A stretch of DNA of 64,000 bases from Thermodesulfobacteriota bacterium (lineage in GTDB: Bacteria > Desulfobacterota > Desulfobacteria > Desulfobacterales > SURF-7). Of this stretch, positions 46,853 through 57,166 are shown one piece after another. How positions within the stretch are numbered: position 1 is the stretch's first letter; each line of letters opens with the position of its first letter. Below the pieces are notes generated by a model. It did no database searches and had not been told where the DNA came from. It saw only the letters and a list, made by a program, of their open reading frames with translations. The stretch lies in the NCBI GenBank assembly GCA_049320885.1, contig JBMORA010000064.1, positions 1 through 64,000 on the forward strand, in the 5' to 3' direction. Both the position numbers and the translations under genes were made by a program.

Positions 46853-49615
46853 TCACGCCGATTCGGCGAGCACCATCCTAAGGGCCTCGAAGCGTTTGTC
46901 GATTTCTGTCAGCAGTGAGCGTGCTTTTTTAAAATCAGCTGTTTTACCGGCCGCCTCCATTAATGTCGCGATTTCCTGCAGGGGCGGGGCGGAAAGATTC
47001 ATGGCCGCCCCCTTGATCCGATGACCGATAAAGGAAACCCGGGAAGCATCTTTTTTTTCGATGGACTCTTTCAGCTGACAGATTTGTGTCGGCAGGTCCA
47101 GCAAGTACCGGTCGATGATTTTTTGGGCAAGTTTTTCATCACCCATCATCCGATCCAGCAGCGCCGCCCGATTGAATATCTCGATGTTTTCCCGTGGCCG
47201 GAAACAATACGCTGCCGGAGCGGACAGGCCCCGTTCTTCCAGCCACTGATGAATTTTTTTTATTAATTGATGCGGATCGATGGGTTTGGACAGATAATCG
47301 TTCATTCCGGCAGCCAGGCATTTTTCACGATCCCCTTGCATGGCGTAGGCCGTCATCGCAATGATGGGAACGGCCCGGTTATTTCCCGGCAGCTTTCGGA
47401 TCCGGCGGGTGGCCTCATACCCGTCCATCACCGGCATCTGGCAATCCATCAAAACGAGATGGTAGGTGGTTTCCGCCAAGGCGTCCACGACCTCTTGGCC
47501 GTTGGTGGCCATATCGCTCCGGTATCCGAGTTTCCGGAGAATTTCTCCGGCCACCCTGCGGTTGATATCATCATCGTCGGCTACTAGTATCCGGCTGTGT
47601 CGCTGTCGCTCTTCTTCCAATGAATAGCGCGTGATAATAGGCGGAGCAGATGAATCCGGCATCTTGCCATCCCGGCCGATAAGGGTCAGCAGACAATCAT
47701 GGATGACGGACTGCTTGATCGGTTTGGTGAGATAAGCGGAAAAACCCAGGTCCCTCAAACGGGCGGCGTCGCCTCTTTTTCCGATCAGGGTCATCATCAC
47801 CATGATGGTGCTCTTTAGCGCCGGATTCGATCGAATGGCGGCGCCGACCATCTCGCCGTTCATGCCGGGCATCGCCGCATCCAGGATGACGATTTTAACC
47901 GGCTGGCCTTGCCTGGCGGCCTCCTGCAAAATGGAGAGCGCCTGTTCTCCATCCGCGGCGGTTCTGCAGCGGCAGTTCCAGGAATTCAGCAGAGATTGGA
48001 GCCAGCGGCGGTTGGCGGCGTTATCATCCACCACCAGTATGGACAATCCACTGATATCCTGATGGATACTTTCTTCAGGGGTAAGGGGTTGCGGCTGTTT
48101 TTCAAACGGAATGGTGAAATAAAAGGTTGTCCCCGGACCCTTGTTGTTTTTCATCCCGATTTCACCATTCATCATCCGGACCAGTTGCCTGGAAATCGAC
48201 AGGCCCAAACCAGTCCCGCCATATTTTCTAGTCGTGGATGAATCCGCTTGGGTGAAGGCATCGAAAATACTTTCCTGTCGATCGGCGGGGACGCCGATGC
48301 CGGTATCGATGACCTCGAATCGGAGCAGCACCATCCGGTCTTCTTCCCTGTCCTGGCTTATCCGTATGCTGACATCGCCTCTTTCGGTAAATTTAATGGC
48401 ATTACTGATCAGGTTGGTTAAAATCTGCCGAATCCGGCCTGGATCACCCCGAAGCAACGAAGGAACGGTCGGACTGATTTCGCAAACCAGCTCCAACTGT
48501 TTCTCCTGGGCGCGCAGGGATTGAATTTCAACCGTTTTTTCAATAGCCTGTCTGAGGTTGAAATCGATTTTTTCCAGCAACAGCTTGCCAGCCTCGATTT
48601 TTGAAAAATCCAGAATGTCATTGATCACGGTTACAAGGGATTCCGCGCTCCGAATGACGAGTTCCGCATATTCCCGCTGTTCTTTTGTGAGATCGGAATC
48701 GAGCAGCAAACTGGCCATTCCGATGACGCCGTTCATCGGCGTCCTGATTTCGTGACTCATGTTGGCCAGAAACTCGCTCTTGGCTCGGCTGGCGGCCTCC
48801 GCCATTTTTTTTGCTGCCCGCAGTTCTTCTTCCGCTTGTTTTCTGCCGGTAATATCCGTTCCCGAGCAGACGACGTATTCGACGAGGCCATCTTCATTCA
48901 ATTTCGGAGTTTGAATGATTTCCAGCAGACGCGGCTCCCCGGCGTGATTGATGATCCATTCCTCACTGCGAATCTGCTGGCGGGTATGAAAGACCAATCG
49001 GTTTTTTTCCAGCAGCACTTTCAGAGCATCCGGAGGGAAAAAATCCTGAATCTTATGATAGGCTATGGCTGATTTGGGAACCCCGAAAAACTCCGCGTGG
49101 GCTCTGTTCACGGCGCCGTAAGTGGATTCGTCCTGCAGGTACCAGATCTGGGTTTCGATGTTATCGGACAGGAGTTCCAGCTCCGCCATCCGATCCTCCA
49201 GGTGGCGTTGATATTCCCGGTTTTCCCTGATTAATTGCGATCTTTCCAGTGCCTTGCGGATTGTATGCTGTAAAATATCCAAATTCTCGATGGGTTTGAC
49301 CACATAATCCCAGGCGCCTTCCCGGATCGCTTCGACCGCGTCGCTGATAATACCGGTTCCCGATACGACAATGATCGGTGTGTCGGGTGCTTTTTGAACA
49401 ATGGTTTTAAGTACTTCCAAACCATCAATGCCCGGCATGCGCAAGTCGACCAAGACAAGATCCGGATGGGTCGCCACAAACATTTCTAAACCGATCCTGC
49501 CGTTTTCCGCCTGCAGGACAATGTAGCCATACTCTTCCAGAAGAAGACAGAAGCTTTCCCTGACCAGGGCCTCGTCGTCGATGGTTAAAATTACCGGGGG
49601 GGTTCGTTCCGGCAC
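46853..49615 (-). CDS. Soluble hybrid histidine kinase (REC-PAS-HisKA-HATPase-REC-REC-HPt)
   Basis: GTG start after [41 protein letters not shown], two more receivers, HRIKGAA; no TM segment. Confidence 0.95.
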   Translation of the reverse strand: MPERTPPVILTIDDEALVRESFCLLLEEYGYIVLQAENGRIGLEMFVATHPDLVLVDLRMPGIDGLEVLKTIVQKAPDTPIIVVSGTGIISDAVEAIREGAWDYVVKPIENLDILQHTIRKALERSQLIRENREYQRHLEDRMAELELLSDNIETQIWYLQDESTYGAVNRAHAEFFGVPKSAIAYHKIQDFFPPDALKVLLEKNRLVFHTRQQIRSEEWIINHAGEPRLLEIIQTPKLNEDGLVEYVVCSGTDITGRKQAEEELRAAKKMAEAASRAKSEFLANMSHEIRTPMNGVIGMASLLLDSDLTKEQREYAELVIRSAESLVTVINDILDFSKIEAGKLLLEKIDFNLRQAIEKTVEIQSLRAQEKQLELVCEISPTVPSLLRGDPGRIRQILTNLISNAIKFTERGDVSIRISQDREEDRMVLLRFEVIDTGIGVPADRQESIFDAFTQADSSTTRKYGGTGLGLSISRQLVRMMNGEIGMKNNKGPGTTFYFTIPFEKQPQPLTPEESIHQDISGLSILVVDDNAANRRWLQSLLNSWNCRCRTAADGEQALSILQEAARQGQPVKIVILDAAMPGMNGEMVGAAIRSNPALKSTIMVMMTLIGKRGDAARLRDLGFSAYLTKPIKQSVIHDCLLTLIGRDGKMPDSSAPPIITRYSLEEERQRHSRILVADDDDINRRVAGEILRKLGYRSDMATNGQEVVDALAETTYHLVLMDCQMPVMDGYEATRRIRKLPGNNRAVPIIAMTAYAMQGDREKCLAAGMNDYLSKPIDPHQLIKKIHQWLEERGLSAPAAYCFRPRENIEIFNRAALLDRMMGDEKLAQKIIDRYLLDLPTQICQLKESIEKKDASRVSFIGHRIKGAAMNLSAPPLQEIATLMEAAGKTADFKKARSLLTEIDKRFEALRMVLAESA

Positions 49616-50002
49616 GTTGATCCTCCTGCCAACAGAATCGATCCTGCTCGCGGAATTGTTTTTCAACCGGACGTTGCGGGTTCGGTGGGTTTTCCACCTC
49701 TTCCGACCGTCATCGGCGGTCGTCAACAGTCATCATTATCAGGGAAATACTGGCAATGCAGAACAGGCAAGAGTCAGCTGTCCGCTGCAGTTAACTCCAT
49801 CCCATTCAGATACAGATTATCGAACGAATGACCGGAAGGTTGTTGTGAATGCCGACCTGCCTAATTTTATACTTCCAAGTTGATGAATTTTATTATACGG
49901 CAATTTTAGCATCAACATCAAATAAAAAATGCGGTACAGGGATCCGGGCGTGGAACCGTCGATCACCCCGCAAACCTTTTCACTTGGGGCATGATTTGGC
50001 AT

Positions 50003-50031
50003 TTGACTTTTTTTTCAACGCCTTATATAAT
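50003..50031 (+). promoter_or_regulatory. Near-consensus sigma70 promoter
   Basis: TTGACT-N17-TATAAT. Confidence 0.75.
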
Positions 50032-50074
50032 ACGAAAACTCTATGGACCGAATGATGACCGGATGGAGGCGGCG

Positions 50075-50641
50075 ATGATTGAGTCGAAATATCTGAAAGA
50101 CAATATGCAAAACATCCAACGGCTGTTGGAAATTCCGGCGCTTAAGCATTTCGAAATTAAAAATCTTGCCAAACTGCTTCGTCTGAGCAAGATCCGGGAG
50201 TACAATGATGGCGAGGTTATCATCCAGGAGGGGGATCGTGATCCCTGGCTGTATTTTCTGCTAAAGGGCAAGGTCGCCATTACGAAAGAAGGTTTTGACA
50301 TTGTTCGCATCGATAAGAAAGGGGAAATTTTCGGGGAAATGCGGGTGATTGATAGCCTCAGTCGTTCCGCATCCGTTCTCGCGGATGGCAAGACCGTTTG
50401 TCTGGCGGTGGACACATCGGCCCAGGAAAAATTGTCCACCGATGAAAAGAAACTTGATTTTTTGTTGCTTCTGTATCGTATTTTTGCGGAATATATGTCG
50501 ATTCGGTTGCGATTGACCAATGATGAGCTGGTGGCAGCCAAGCATGATGCCAAAGAGGCTCGCAAGGAGCTGGAGCAATTAAAAAAAGAGCAGTCCGACG
50601 CCGGCAAAACCAAGATTCTGACGAGAACGATTATAAAATAG
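50075..50641 (+). CDS. Stand-alone cyclic nucleotide-binding domain protein
   Basis: IIQEGD, GEIFGEM, RSASV; C-terminal coiled coil, no HTH. Confidence 0.9.
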   Translation: MIESKYLKDNMQNIQRLLEIPALKHFEIKNLAKLLRLSKIREYNDGEVIIQEGDRDPWLYFLLKGKVAITKEGFDIVRIDKKGEIFGEMRVIDSLSRSASVLADGKTVCLAVDTSAQEKLSTDEKKLDFLLLLYRIFAEYMSIRLRLTNDELVAAKHDAKEARKELEQLKKEQSDAGKTKILTRTIIK

Positions 50642-50645
50642 AACG

Positions 50646-50675
50646 GCGGCGGGCGGCCGCGCCCGCCGCTTATTC
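50646..50675 (+). terminator. GC-rich hairpin between the cNMP and radical SAM genes
   Basis: GCGGCGGGCG-GCCG-CGCCCGCCGC followed by TTATT (weak U tract). Confidence 0.45.
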
Positions 50676-50699
50676 CATTGCCGGCGATGCTGATTCCTG

Positions 50700-51713
50700 A
50701 TGAAGAAAACCGTTTCCTTTGCCATCGATTCCATCAATGTTTTTTTTCACATCCTGACCCGATGTAATTTGAAATGCCGGCATTGCTACATCAATCCGGA
50801 GCAACATGGCAGCAATTCGCTGCCGTTAGATACGATTTGCGATTGGTTGAAAGCGTTTGCACAGAAGAGCGCTTCAGCCAATGTGATTTTCTTGGGTGGT
50901 GAACCCACTCTGCATCCGGACTTGCCCCAGGCCATCCGCAGGGCCCGCGAAATCGGTTATCAATCCATCACCGTCGATACCAATGGGTACCTGTTTCATC
51001 ATTTTCTGGACCGTGTTACGCCACAGGATGTCGATTATATCAGCTTCAGCCTGGATGGGGCGACCCGAGAAACCAATGACGGCATCCGCGGCCGAGGATC
51101 CTACGATACCTGCTTGGCGGGAATTCGACAGGCAGTCCAGTTTGGATTTCACACCAGCCTGATATTTACCGTCAGCCGTGACAATATTCATGAGCTGCCG
51201 GATATGGGGAGGATTCTGGCAGACCTGGGAATCGAACGGTTTTTCATTCAGGTCATCGGCCTTCGCGGCGAATCCGCCCGTCAAAAATCCGATGGAAAAA
51301 AACCAATTCTGCCGGTTGAAAGTCGGCAGTGGCTGTCGGTGATCCCTTCTGTTGCGGAAGAAATCGCCGGGAACGGCGTTGTGGTAACCTATCCCAAGGT
51401 GTTTCTAAGCATGGAAGAACCCTTTGCCTGTGCAGGAAATGTGGCTGAGAACTATTTCATCTTTCCCAACGGCAGGGTTTATCAGTGTCCGCTGTGCGAA
51501 GATTATCCATTGCACAGCAAGTTCTTTATCGGCAACCGGCTCGTCGACACTTCGCCCATCAACGAGCGAAACCTGTTTCAGTTGAATATCCCGGAAGGTT
51601 GTGTCATGAACCGGCTGATCCAGCCTGACAACCTCTACTACTTGGAAAACGGCCGGCCGGCTTATAAAATCGCCTGCTGCCTGCTGAAGGAAGAGGTCCG
51701 GCAAAAGACCTGA
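50700..51713 (+). CDS. Radical SAM protein with Cys-rich C-terminus
   Basis: CNLKCRHC, GGEPTLHP, DTNG, SLDG; additional C...CPLC...C...CC. Confidence 0.92.
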   Translation: MKKTVSFAIDSINVFFHILTRCNLKCRHCYINPEQHGSNSLPLDTICDWLKAFAQKSASANVIFLGGEPTLHPDLPQAIRRAREIGYQSITVDTNGYLFHHFLDRVTPQDVDYISFSLDGATRETNDGIRGRGSYDTCLAGIRQAVQFGFHTSLIFTVSRDNIHELPDMGRILADLGIERFFIQVIGLRGESARQKSDGKKPILPVESRQWLSVIPSVAEEIAGNGVVVTYPKVFLSMEEPFACAGNVAENYFIFPNGRVYQCPLCEDYPLHSKFFIGNRLVDTSPINERNLFQLNIPEGCVMNRLIQPDNLYYLENGRPAYKIACCLLKEEVRQKT

Positions 51714-51749
51714 TCCCATTGCGGGCGGCAACGGTTTGGCGAGAGCCGG

Positions 51750-51778
51750 TTGACAGCGCCGGATAGCTCTTCTATGAT
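51750..51778 (+). promoter_or_regulatory. Near-consensus sigma70 promoter upstream of the prkA operon
   Basis: TTGACA-N17-TATGAT. Confidence 0.7.
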
Positions 51779-51852
51779 GCAGCCGATGGTCGGGGATACC
51801 GAAACGTCCAACAAATTTGCATCCTGGCCGGGACAAGCGGCAGATCGAAATC

Positions 51853-51868
51853 AGGCATTTTTTTTGCA
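51853..51868 (+). promoter_or_regulatory. Candidate sigma54 promoter upstream of the prkA operon
   Basis: AGGCAT-TTTTT-TTGCA; GG-N10-GC. Confidence 0.55.
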
Positions 51869-51924
51869 TTAATCTCTCGTATATCTGCACGATCCAACCT
51901 ACTGCGATCTCAAATGGAGGAGAC

Positions 51925-53985
51925 ATGACAACCAAAGCCAATTCCATGCTTCAGCAACACCTGATGGCTGTCAAGGAAAAAAAGCGCGTTTTTGAGAATG
52001 CGTTTCAAGGCATCACCCGCATGATTTTAGGGGATAAAATCGAAAAAGTCGTTGTCAACGGAAAAACAACATATGATTTCGCGCTGTTCCGAAGAGGGAA
52101 AAAACACATTGTCGGTATGTATGACGAACTGAACAGCTTCGTTTCGTATGTGAAAGACGCCGCCGAAGGCGGCTCATCCAAGGAGATGGCGTTTGTTCTA
52201 GTAGGAGAGCCGGGCAACGGGAAGACATTTTTTGTGGACTACCTGTGCGGCAAATACCGTGAATTCCTGTCCGTGGAGGTAAACCGTAAGTATTCATTCC
52301 GATTTAACAATCTCGACAAATTGGGGCACTACGGCAAAATTCGGACCATTGAGTCGCAGACCTATGAGGATCCGATGATTTTGGCCATGAACCTGTTCGA
52401 TTCAGCCGACGACAATCGACATTTCCTAACGGAACGGATCGGATTTACGGATGCGGAAACGGAGAAATTCTATGACAACTATCGGCCTTTGGGAGCCTGC
52501 AGCGGCTATATCTGGAACGACATCCGTCAATATACTGACGGAAACCTGGACAAAATGCTTGAATTCGTCGAAATCATACCGGTACCCCTGACGGAGAGTC
52601 TGGGGACGGTGACCGGGAAGTACCCGGCAAAGGACAAAATCACCTCGTCCGCCGTCGACTTGCTGGGAGAGGAATCCATCCAACGGTTGTTGCATATCAC
52701 CGACACCAATAATCCCTATCGTTTTGATTTGCGTCGGGGAGCCTTGGCGCGGGTGGCGGGAGGCGGCATCCACTTCAGTGATGAAATTTATAAAAACAAA
52801 AAAGATTTGGTGCAGGTATATCTGGGCGTGATCCAGAACCGCAACATCGAGATCGACGGTTACAAATGGCCCATTGACACATTGATCGTCGCGACCAGCA
52901 ATAATTCGGAGTTCAACCGTTTCCTGGCGGAGAAGGAGGAGGCGCCCATCGTAGACCGCTGTCGGATTTGTTATGTATCCCATAACACCAACTACCGGTT
53001 GCAGAGTGAATTGACGGCATACGCCATCGGTAATGAAACCAAGACGACGCTGAACATGGAGGTCCTGCACCAGGATCCGAATTTGAATTACGCTTCATCC
53101 ATTGCTGTGGTGCTGACCAGGCTGGCGCATTCGGAAAAATTGACGCCCATTGAAACCATGAAACTGGCGGCCGGGGAGGTGGCTGGCGAAAAGAGCATCA
53201 AGACTTTGGCTGAGGTTATTGACACCCTCAATCAGGACCCCGATATCACGAAACGATTCGGACAAAAGGGAATGGGACAGCGCAACCTGGGTAGGGCAAT
53301 CCAGCTGATGATCGAAAGCTCGGAAACCAATGAAGGGCGTTGCATGTTCGCTTTCGATATTTTCAAGACAATGGAGCGGGTGATCCTGGACTATGTGGTG
53401 GACGCCAATGACAGGGCCAAATATCTGGATGACCTGAAAATCGCCAAGGGGTTGTATCGGGAACGGATCATGACGGAAATGTTCAATGCCTACATGGACG
53501 AGCCCCATGCAATCCGTAAGGATGTCATGAACTACGTCAATATGATCATCGGCATCGATGCCGAGAATCTGGGGCCGGATAAAATGTGGAAATTCAAGGA
53601 CCCCCAGACCGGAGAGCTCAAGGCCCTGAAAATCGACGAACGCTATATCAACAGCGTGGATGAACGCCTGGGCCTGAAAACCCAGGAACAACGGGAAACC
53701 TTCCGTACCTCGATTCGGAAAATATATGGGCAGAAAATTTCCGTGGATCCGAATTACGATTTTATGGACAACCTCGAGCTGGTAAAAGCGGTGACCGATG
53801 TCCGTCTCAAATCGGACATCGCCGGCGCCGGAAGTCTGATCGGCGCCCTGGCAAACCGCACCAACGAGGAAAACCAGAAACTCTACGACCGGATGATCGA
53901 CACCATGCTGACCAAACTCCATTACTGCAACACCTGTGCTCAGAAAACCATCGAATATTTCTGCAGCCAGGAAGATGAGATGTAG
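51925..53985 (+). CDS. prkA: PrkA/YeaG-family AAA+ protein (copy 1)
   Basis: Walker A GEPGNGKT, GIHFSDEIYK, IDTLIVATSN, DRCR; context with yeaH and spoVR. Confidence 0.88.
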   Translation: MTTKANSMLQQHLMAVKEKKRVFENAFQGITRMILGDKIEKVVVNGKTTYDFALFRRGKKHIVGMYDELNSFVSYVKDAAEGGSSKEMAFVLVGEPGNGKTFFVDYLCGKYREFLSVEVNRKYSFRFNNLDKLGHYGKIRTIESQTYEDPMILAMNLFDSADDNRHFLTERIGFTDAETEKFYDNYRPLGACSGYIWNDIRQYTDGNLDKMLEFVEIIPVPLTESLGTVTGKYPAKDKITSSAVDLLGEESIQRLLHITDTNNPYRFDLRRGALARVAGGGIHFSDEIYKNKKDLVQVYLGVIQNRNIEIDGYKWPIDTLIVATSNNSEFNRFLAEKEEAPIVDRCRICYVSHNTNYRLQSELTAYAIGNETKTTLNMEVLHQDPNLNYASSIAVVLTRLAHSEKLTPIETMKLAAGEVAGEKSIKTLAEVIDTLNQDPDITKRFGQKGMGQRNLGRAIQLMIESSETNEGRCMFAFDIFKTMERVILDYVVDANDRAKYLDDLKIAKGLYRERIMTEMFNAYMDEPHAIRKDVMNYVNMIIGIDAENLGPDKMWKFKDPQTGELKALKIDERYINSVDERLGLKTQEQRETFRTSIRKIYGQKISVDPNYDFMDNLELVKAVTDVRLKSDIAGAGSLIGALANRTNEENQKLYDRMIDTMLTKLHYCNTCAQKTIEYFCSQEDEM

Positions 53986-54048
53986 TCCGGGGCGGCGTAA
54001 TGAATTGCCGGCCATGGTGATAGAGCAAAGCGCAGGGGAAGTGTCCAT

Positions 54049-55452
54049 ATGAATCAGGAAGAACTTCAAAAATACTACAACGAAATCAAGTCCCGCGGGC
54101 TTTCTTCCGAAAGGGAAACCATTCTTCTGGAAGAGCTGCGATCCGCGGTGACCCATGAGGAGGGGATGTCCCCGCGGCGATTATCGGTTGGTTCGGATTC
54201 GGTGAAAGACCGGTTTTCCGCCTCTTCCGGAATCTACGGGATGAACGATCCGGAAGTCCTGCAGGCGTTAACCGCGCCCGTCGCGCCTTATACAACCGCC
54301 CTGAAGTCCATCGATGAACTTCTGGAACGCGATAAAAAGCGGGAGGAGGACGGGTTCCCCCGTAAAATCCGGGTGGGACGGCTTCTTAAACCGGGAAAGG
54401 GCCGCCAGGGCAGCGTGGTGGTCGTGCCTACCACCGTGGAGGAAAAATTCATTCACGACCCCTCTTCGGAAGATGACCAAGAAGATACCATGGGGGGGGC
54501 GGGGGAAGGTGAGGAAGGCGAAGTTATCGGCGAACAACCGATCCATGCGCCGGACATGCCGGGAAGCGAAGGCCCCGGGGAAGGGGAAGGCGGCGCCCAT
54601 GAATTGGAATCCAGCGCCTACGATCTGGGCAAGATATTGACGGAGAAATTTCAACTACCCAATCTTAAGGACAAGGGCAGCAAACGTTCCGTGATTCGTT
54701 ATACATACGATATGACGGATAAGAACAGGGGCTTCGGGCAGATTCTTGACAAAAAAGCGACCCTGCGGAAAATTCTGGAAACCAACATGAGCCTTGGGAA
54801 AGTACCGGATGTGGGTGATATCGATCCCACCGGTTTCCTGATATCTCCGTCCGACAAGATTTACCGGGTACTTTCCCGTGAAAAGGATTATGAATCCCAG
54901 GCGGTGGTGTTTTTCGTCCGGGATTATTCCGGCTCCATGGCCGGCAAGGCCACAACAGTGGTGGTCGCCCAACATATTCTGATTTACAGCTGGCTGCTCT
55001 ATCAATATTCCATGCAGGTGGAATCCCGCTTCATTCTTCACGATACGGACGCCAAGGAAGTGCCGGATTTCTACACCTATTACAATTCCAAAGTGGCTGG
55101 AGGCACCAAAGTCGCGTCCGGATTCCGGCTGGTGAACGAGATCATTGAAAAGGAAAACCTGGCGAGGGAATACAATATCTACATCTTCCACGGAACGGAC
55201 GGCGATGATTGGGACACGGACGGGAAGGAAACCGTGCCGGAGCTGAAAAAATCCCTGGCCTACGCCAACCGAACCGGAATATCCATCGCCAGGCACAGTT
55301 ACGGCGGCCAAAGTGAAAGCGAGGTGGAAAAATACCTGAAAAGTTCGGGGCTTCTGAATGAAAAAGCCAACCTGCTGCGGCTGGATGTCATGCCGGAGGA
55401 TGCGGACGAACCGCGGCTGATTGAAGGGATCAAACATCTGATTTCCGAATAA
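54049..55452 (+). CDS. yeaH: YeaH/YhbH (DUF444) vWA-like protein
   Basis: Gly/Glu-rich linker, LPNLK, DYSGSM MIDAS, GGTKVAS, YIFHGTDGDDW. Confidence 0.88.
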   Translation: MNQEELQKYYNEIKSRGLSSERETILLEELRSAVTHEEGMSPRRLSVGSDSVKDRFSASSGIYGMNDPEVLQALTAPVAPYTTALKSIDELLERDKKREEDGFPRKIRVGRLLKPGKGRQGSVVVVPTTVEEKFIHDPSSEDDQEDTMGGAGEGEEGEVIGEQPIHAPDMPGSEGPGEGEGGAHELESSAYDLGKILTEKFQLPNLKDKGSKRSVIRYTYDMTDKNRGFGQILDKKATLRKILETNMSLGKVPDVGDIDPTGFLISPSDKIYRVLSREKDYESQAVVFFVRDYSGSMAGKATTVVVAQHILIYSWLLYQYSMQVESRFILHDTDAKEVPDFYTYYNSKVAGGTKVASGFRLVNEIIEKENLAREYNIYIFHGTDGDDWDTDGKETVPELKKSLAYANRTGISIARHSYGGQSESEVEKYLKSSGLLNEKANLLRLDVMPEDADEPRLIEGIKHLISE

Positions 55453-55475
55453 TTAACGGCCTGGAAGGATGTTGA

Positions 55476-57122
55476 ATGGAGCTGATCGACCAACATACCA
55501 AAAAGATCATGGAAGGTTGCAAGGAACGCGCAAGAGACGCCGGGTTGCATTTCGAGAATGAAACCCTCGAGTACATCGTCACCAACCGCGACCTGTTGGA
55601 GCTGTCCCCCAAACTGATGATACCGACGCTTTATGATTACTGGGTTCATGATGTGGAAGTCATCAAGGAAAAGCGGCGCTATGAATTGTATCCGAACAAT
55701 CCCTACGAGACGGTGATCAATACCCGCCCGGCGATTTCATTCTACAATGACAACAATCCCGACTGGCTTAACGTGATGATTTTCTATCATGTCATCGGTC
55801 ATATCGACTTTTTCCAAAACAACTTATACTATCGCCATACCTGGGATTATGATTTCAACGGACAGGCTCTGTCGGACAAGCGTCTGATCGCCCGGTTGCG
55901 CTCGGAAAAGGGACGGTGGGTGGATTATGTCATCGAATTCGCCAGGAGCATAGACAATATCGTCGGCTACCACGGCGAACTCGCCAGATTGGACCGGCCG
56001 GCTCCTTCGGAGTCGTCGCGGCGTCTCGATTTTTACTTTGATGTGTTTCTGCAAACCGAAAAAAAAGCGAAAATCCATGAGTACATCAAGGAAATCGAAC
56101 GCTACAATGAATTCAAACGGACACTGGGAAGCCTGGGCGAGAAGGCATTTTTTTCATCCATTGTGACCAAACATCCTGAATTTGAAGCGCTCTTTGAAAA
56201 AAGCCTGGAGAAAAAGCCCCAGCGTCCTTTGGATTTGCTTCAATTTCTGATGGACCATTCCCCGCATTTAAACAGAGAAGAGAATGTCTGGATGAAATCG
56301 GTTCTATCCGTGGTGCGCAAAACGTCGATTTTTTTTCAGCCGCAAATCCGTACCAAGATCATGAACGAGGGGTGGGCCAGCTATTGGCATGAAATCCTTT
56401 TTCTGCAGGATGACCGCATCAAAGGCCATGAAGTCGATTTCGCCCGCGTGAACGCCGGCGTGACGGCCATGCCGCGGGTGGGGCTGAATCCCTACGCCCT
56501 CGGCATGCGGCTTTTTTATCACCTGGAAGAAATCGGCGATAAGGGAAAATATGATCTCGATTTCCGTGAGTTGCGCGGTATCAGAGAACGCGAGGATTTT
56601 AACCGGAAAACAGGCCAGGGCCGGGATTTTATCTTTACGATTCGACGGAACCTTTGCGATTATTTGTTTATCAGCGATTTCATCGACCAGGATTTCGTGA
56701 ATCGTCACAAGTTGTTCGTAGCTGGCAGACGCCTGAACCAGAATCGCGCGGTGTATGAGTACTATGTCAAAAGCCGAAACGCGGAGGATTACCGGCAGAT
56801 GTTGATGGAAGCTATGTACCATCCACCGTATATCACCGTCGATGAAAAGAAAAGTGAGCACAATCTGTATATAGTGCATCATTTTGAAGGCAAAGCGCTG
56901 GTGAGGAATTATATCGCCAATACCATGCTGGGCATCGAATATCTGTGGGGCGCCCCGGTGCATCTGGAAACAAGTGAGCCGGCAGCGACCCAGGGGGCCG
57001 GTCAGCCGGTCTATCCCTTTGGAACCTCTGTCGCCAAAAGCAGCGACAAGCCCGAACCCAAAAAATGGCAGCGGGTCCTCTATACCATGGAAAACCGCAA
57101 GCTATCAAAGAAAGTACTGTAA
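55476..57122 (+). CDS. spoVR: SpoVR/YcgB family protein
   Basis: YETVIN, HVIGHIDFF, PQIRTKIMNEGWASYWH, NPYALG, YLWG. Confidence 0.92.
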   Translation: MELIDQHTKKIMEGCKERARDAGLHFENETLEYIVTNRDLLELSPKLMIPTLYDYWVHDVEVIKEKRRYELYPNNPYETVINTRPAISFYNDNNPDWLNVMIFYHVIGHIDFFQNNLYYRHTWDYDFNGQALSDKRLIARLRSEKGRWVDYVIEFARSIDNIVGYHGELARLDRPAPSESSRRLDFYFDVFLQTEKKAKIHEYIKEIERYNEFKRTLGSLGEKAFFSSIVTKHPEFEALFEKSLEKKPQRPLDLLQFLMDHSPHLNREENVWMKSVLSVVRKTSIFFQPQIRTKIMNEGWASYWHEILFLQDDRIKGHEVDFARVNAGVTAMPRVGLNPYALGMRLFYHLEEIGDKGKYDLDFRELRGIREREDFNRKTGQGRDFIFTIRRNLCDYLFISDFIDQDFVNRHKLFVAGRRLNQNRAVYEYYVKSRNAEDYRQMLMEAMYHPPYITVDEKKSEHNLYIVHHFEGKALVRNYIANTMLGIEYLWGAPVHLETSEPAATQGAGQPVYPFGTSVAKSSDKPEPKKWQRVLYTMENRKLSKKVL

Positions 57123-57166
57123 TCCGAAGTGCAATGAATGATCAGATATTTCATCCATGAGGCTCC

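Noticed and set aside
20349..51713. Selenocysteine read-through at TGA stops of Cys-rich, Fe-S or radical SAM genes
   Set aside because: The stops fall at natural protein ends, with no in-frame continuation of a domain or obvious SECIS.
50700..51713. RiPP biosynthetic cluster around the radical SAM gene
   Set aside because: No adjacent precursor peptide, RRE/PqqD domain, peptidase or exporter.
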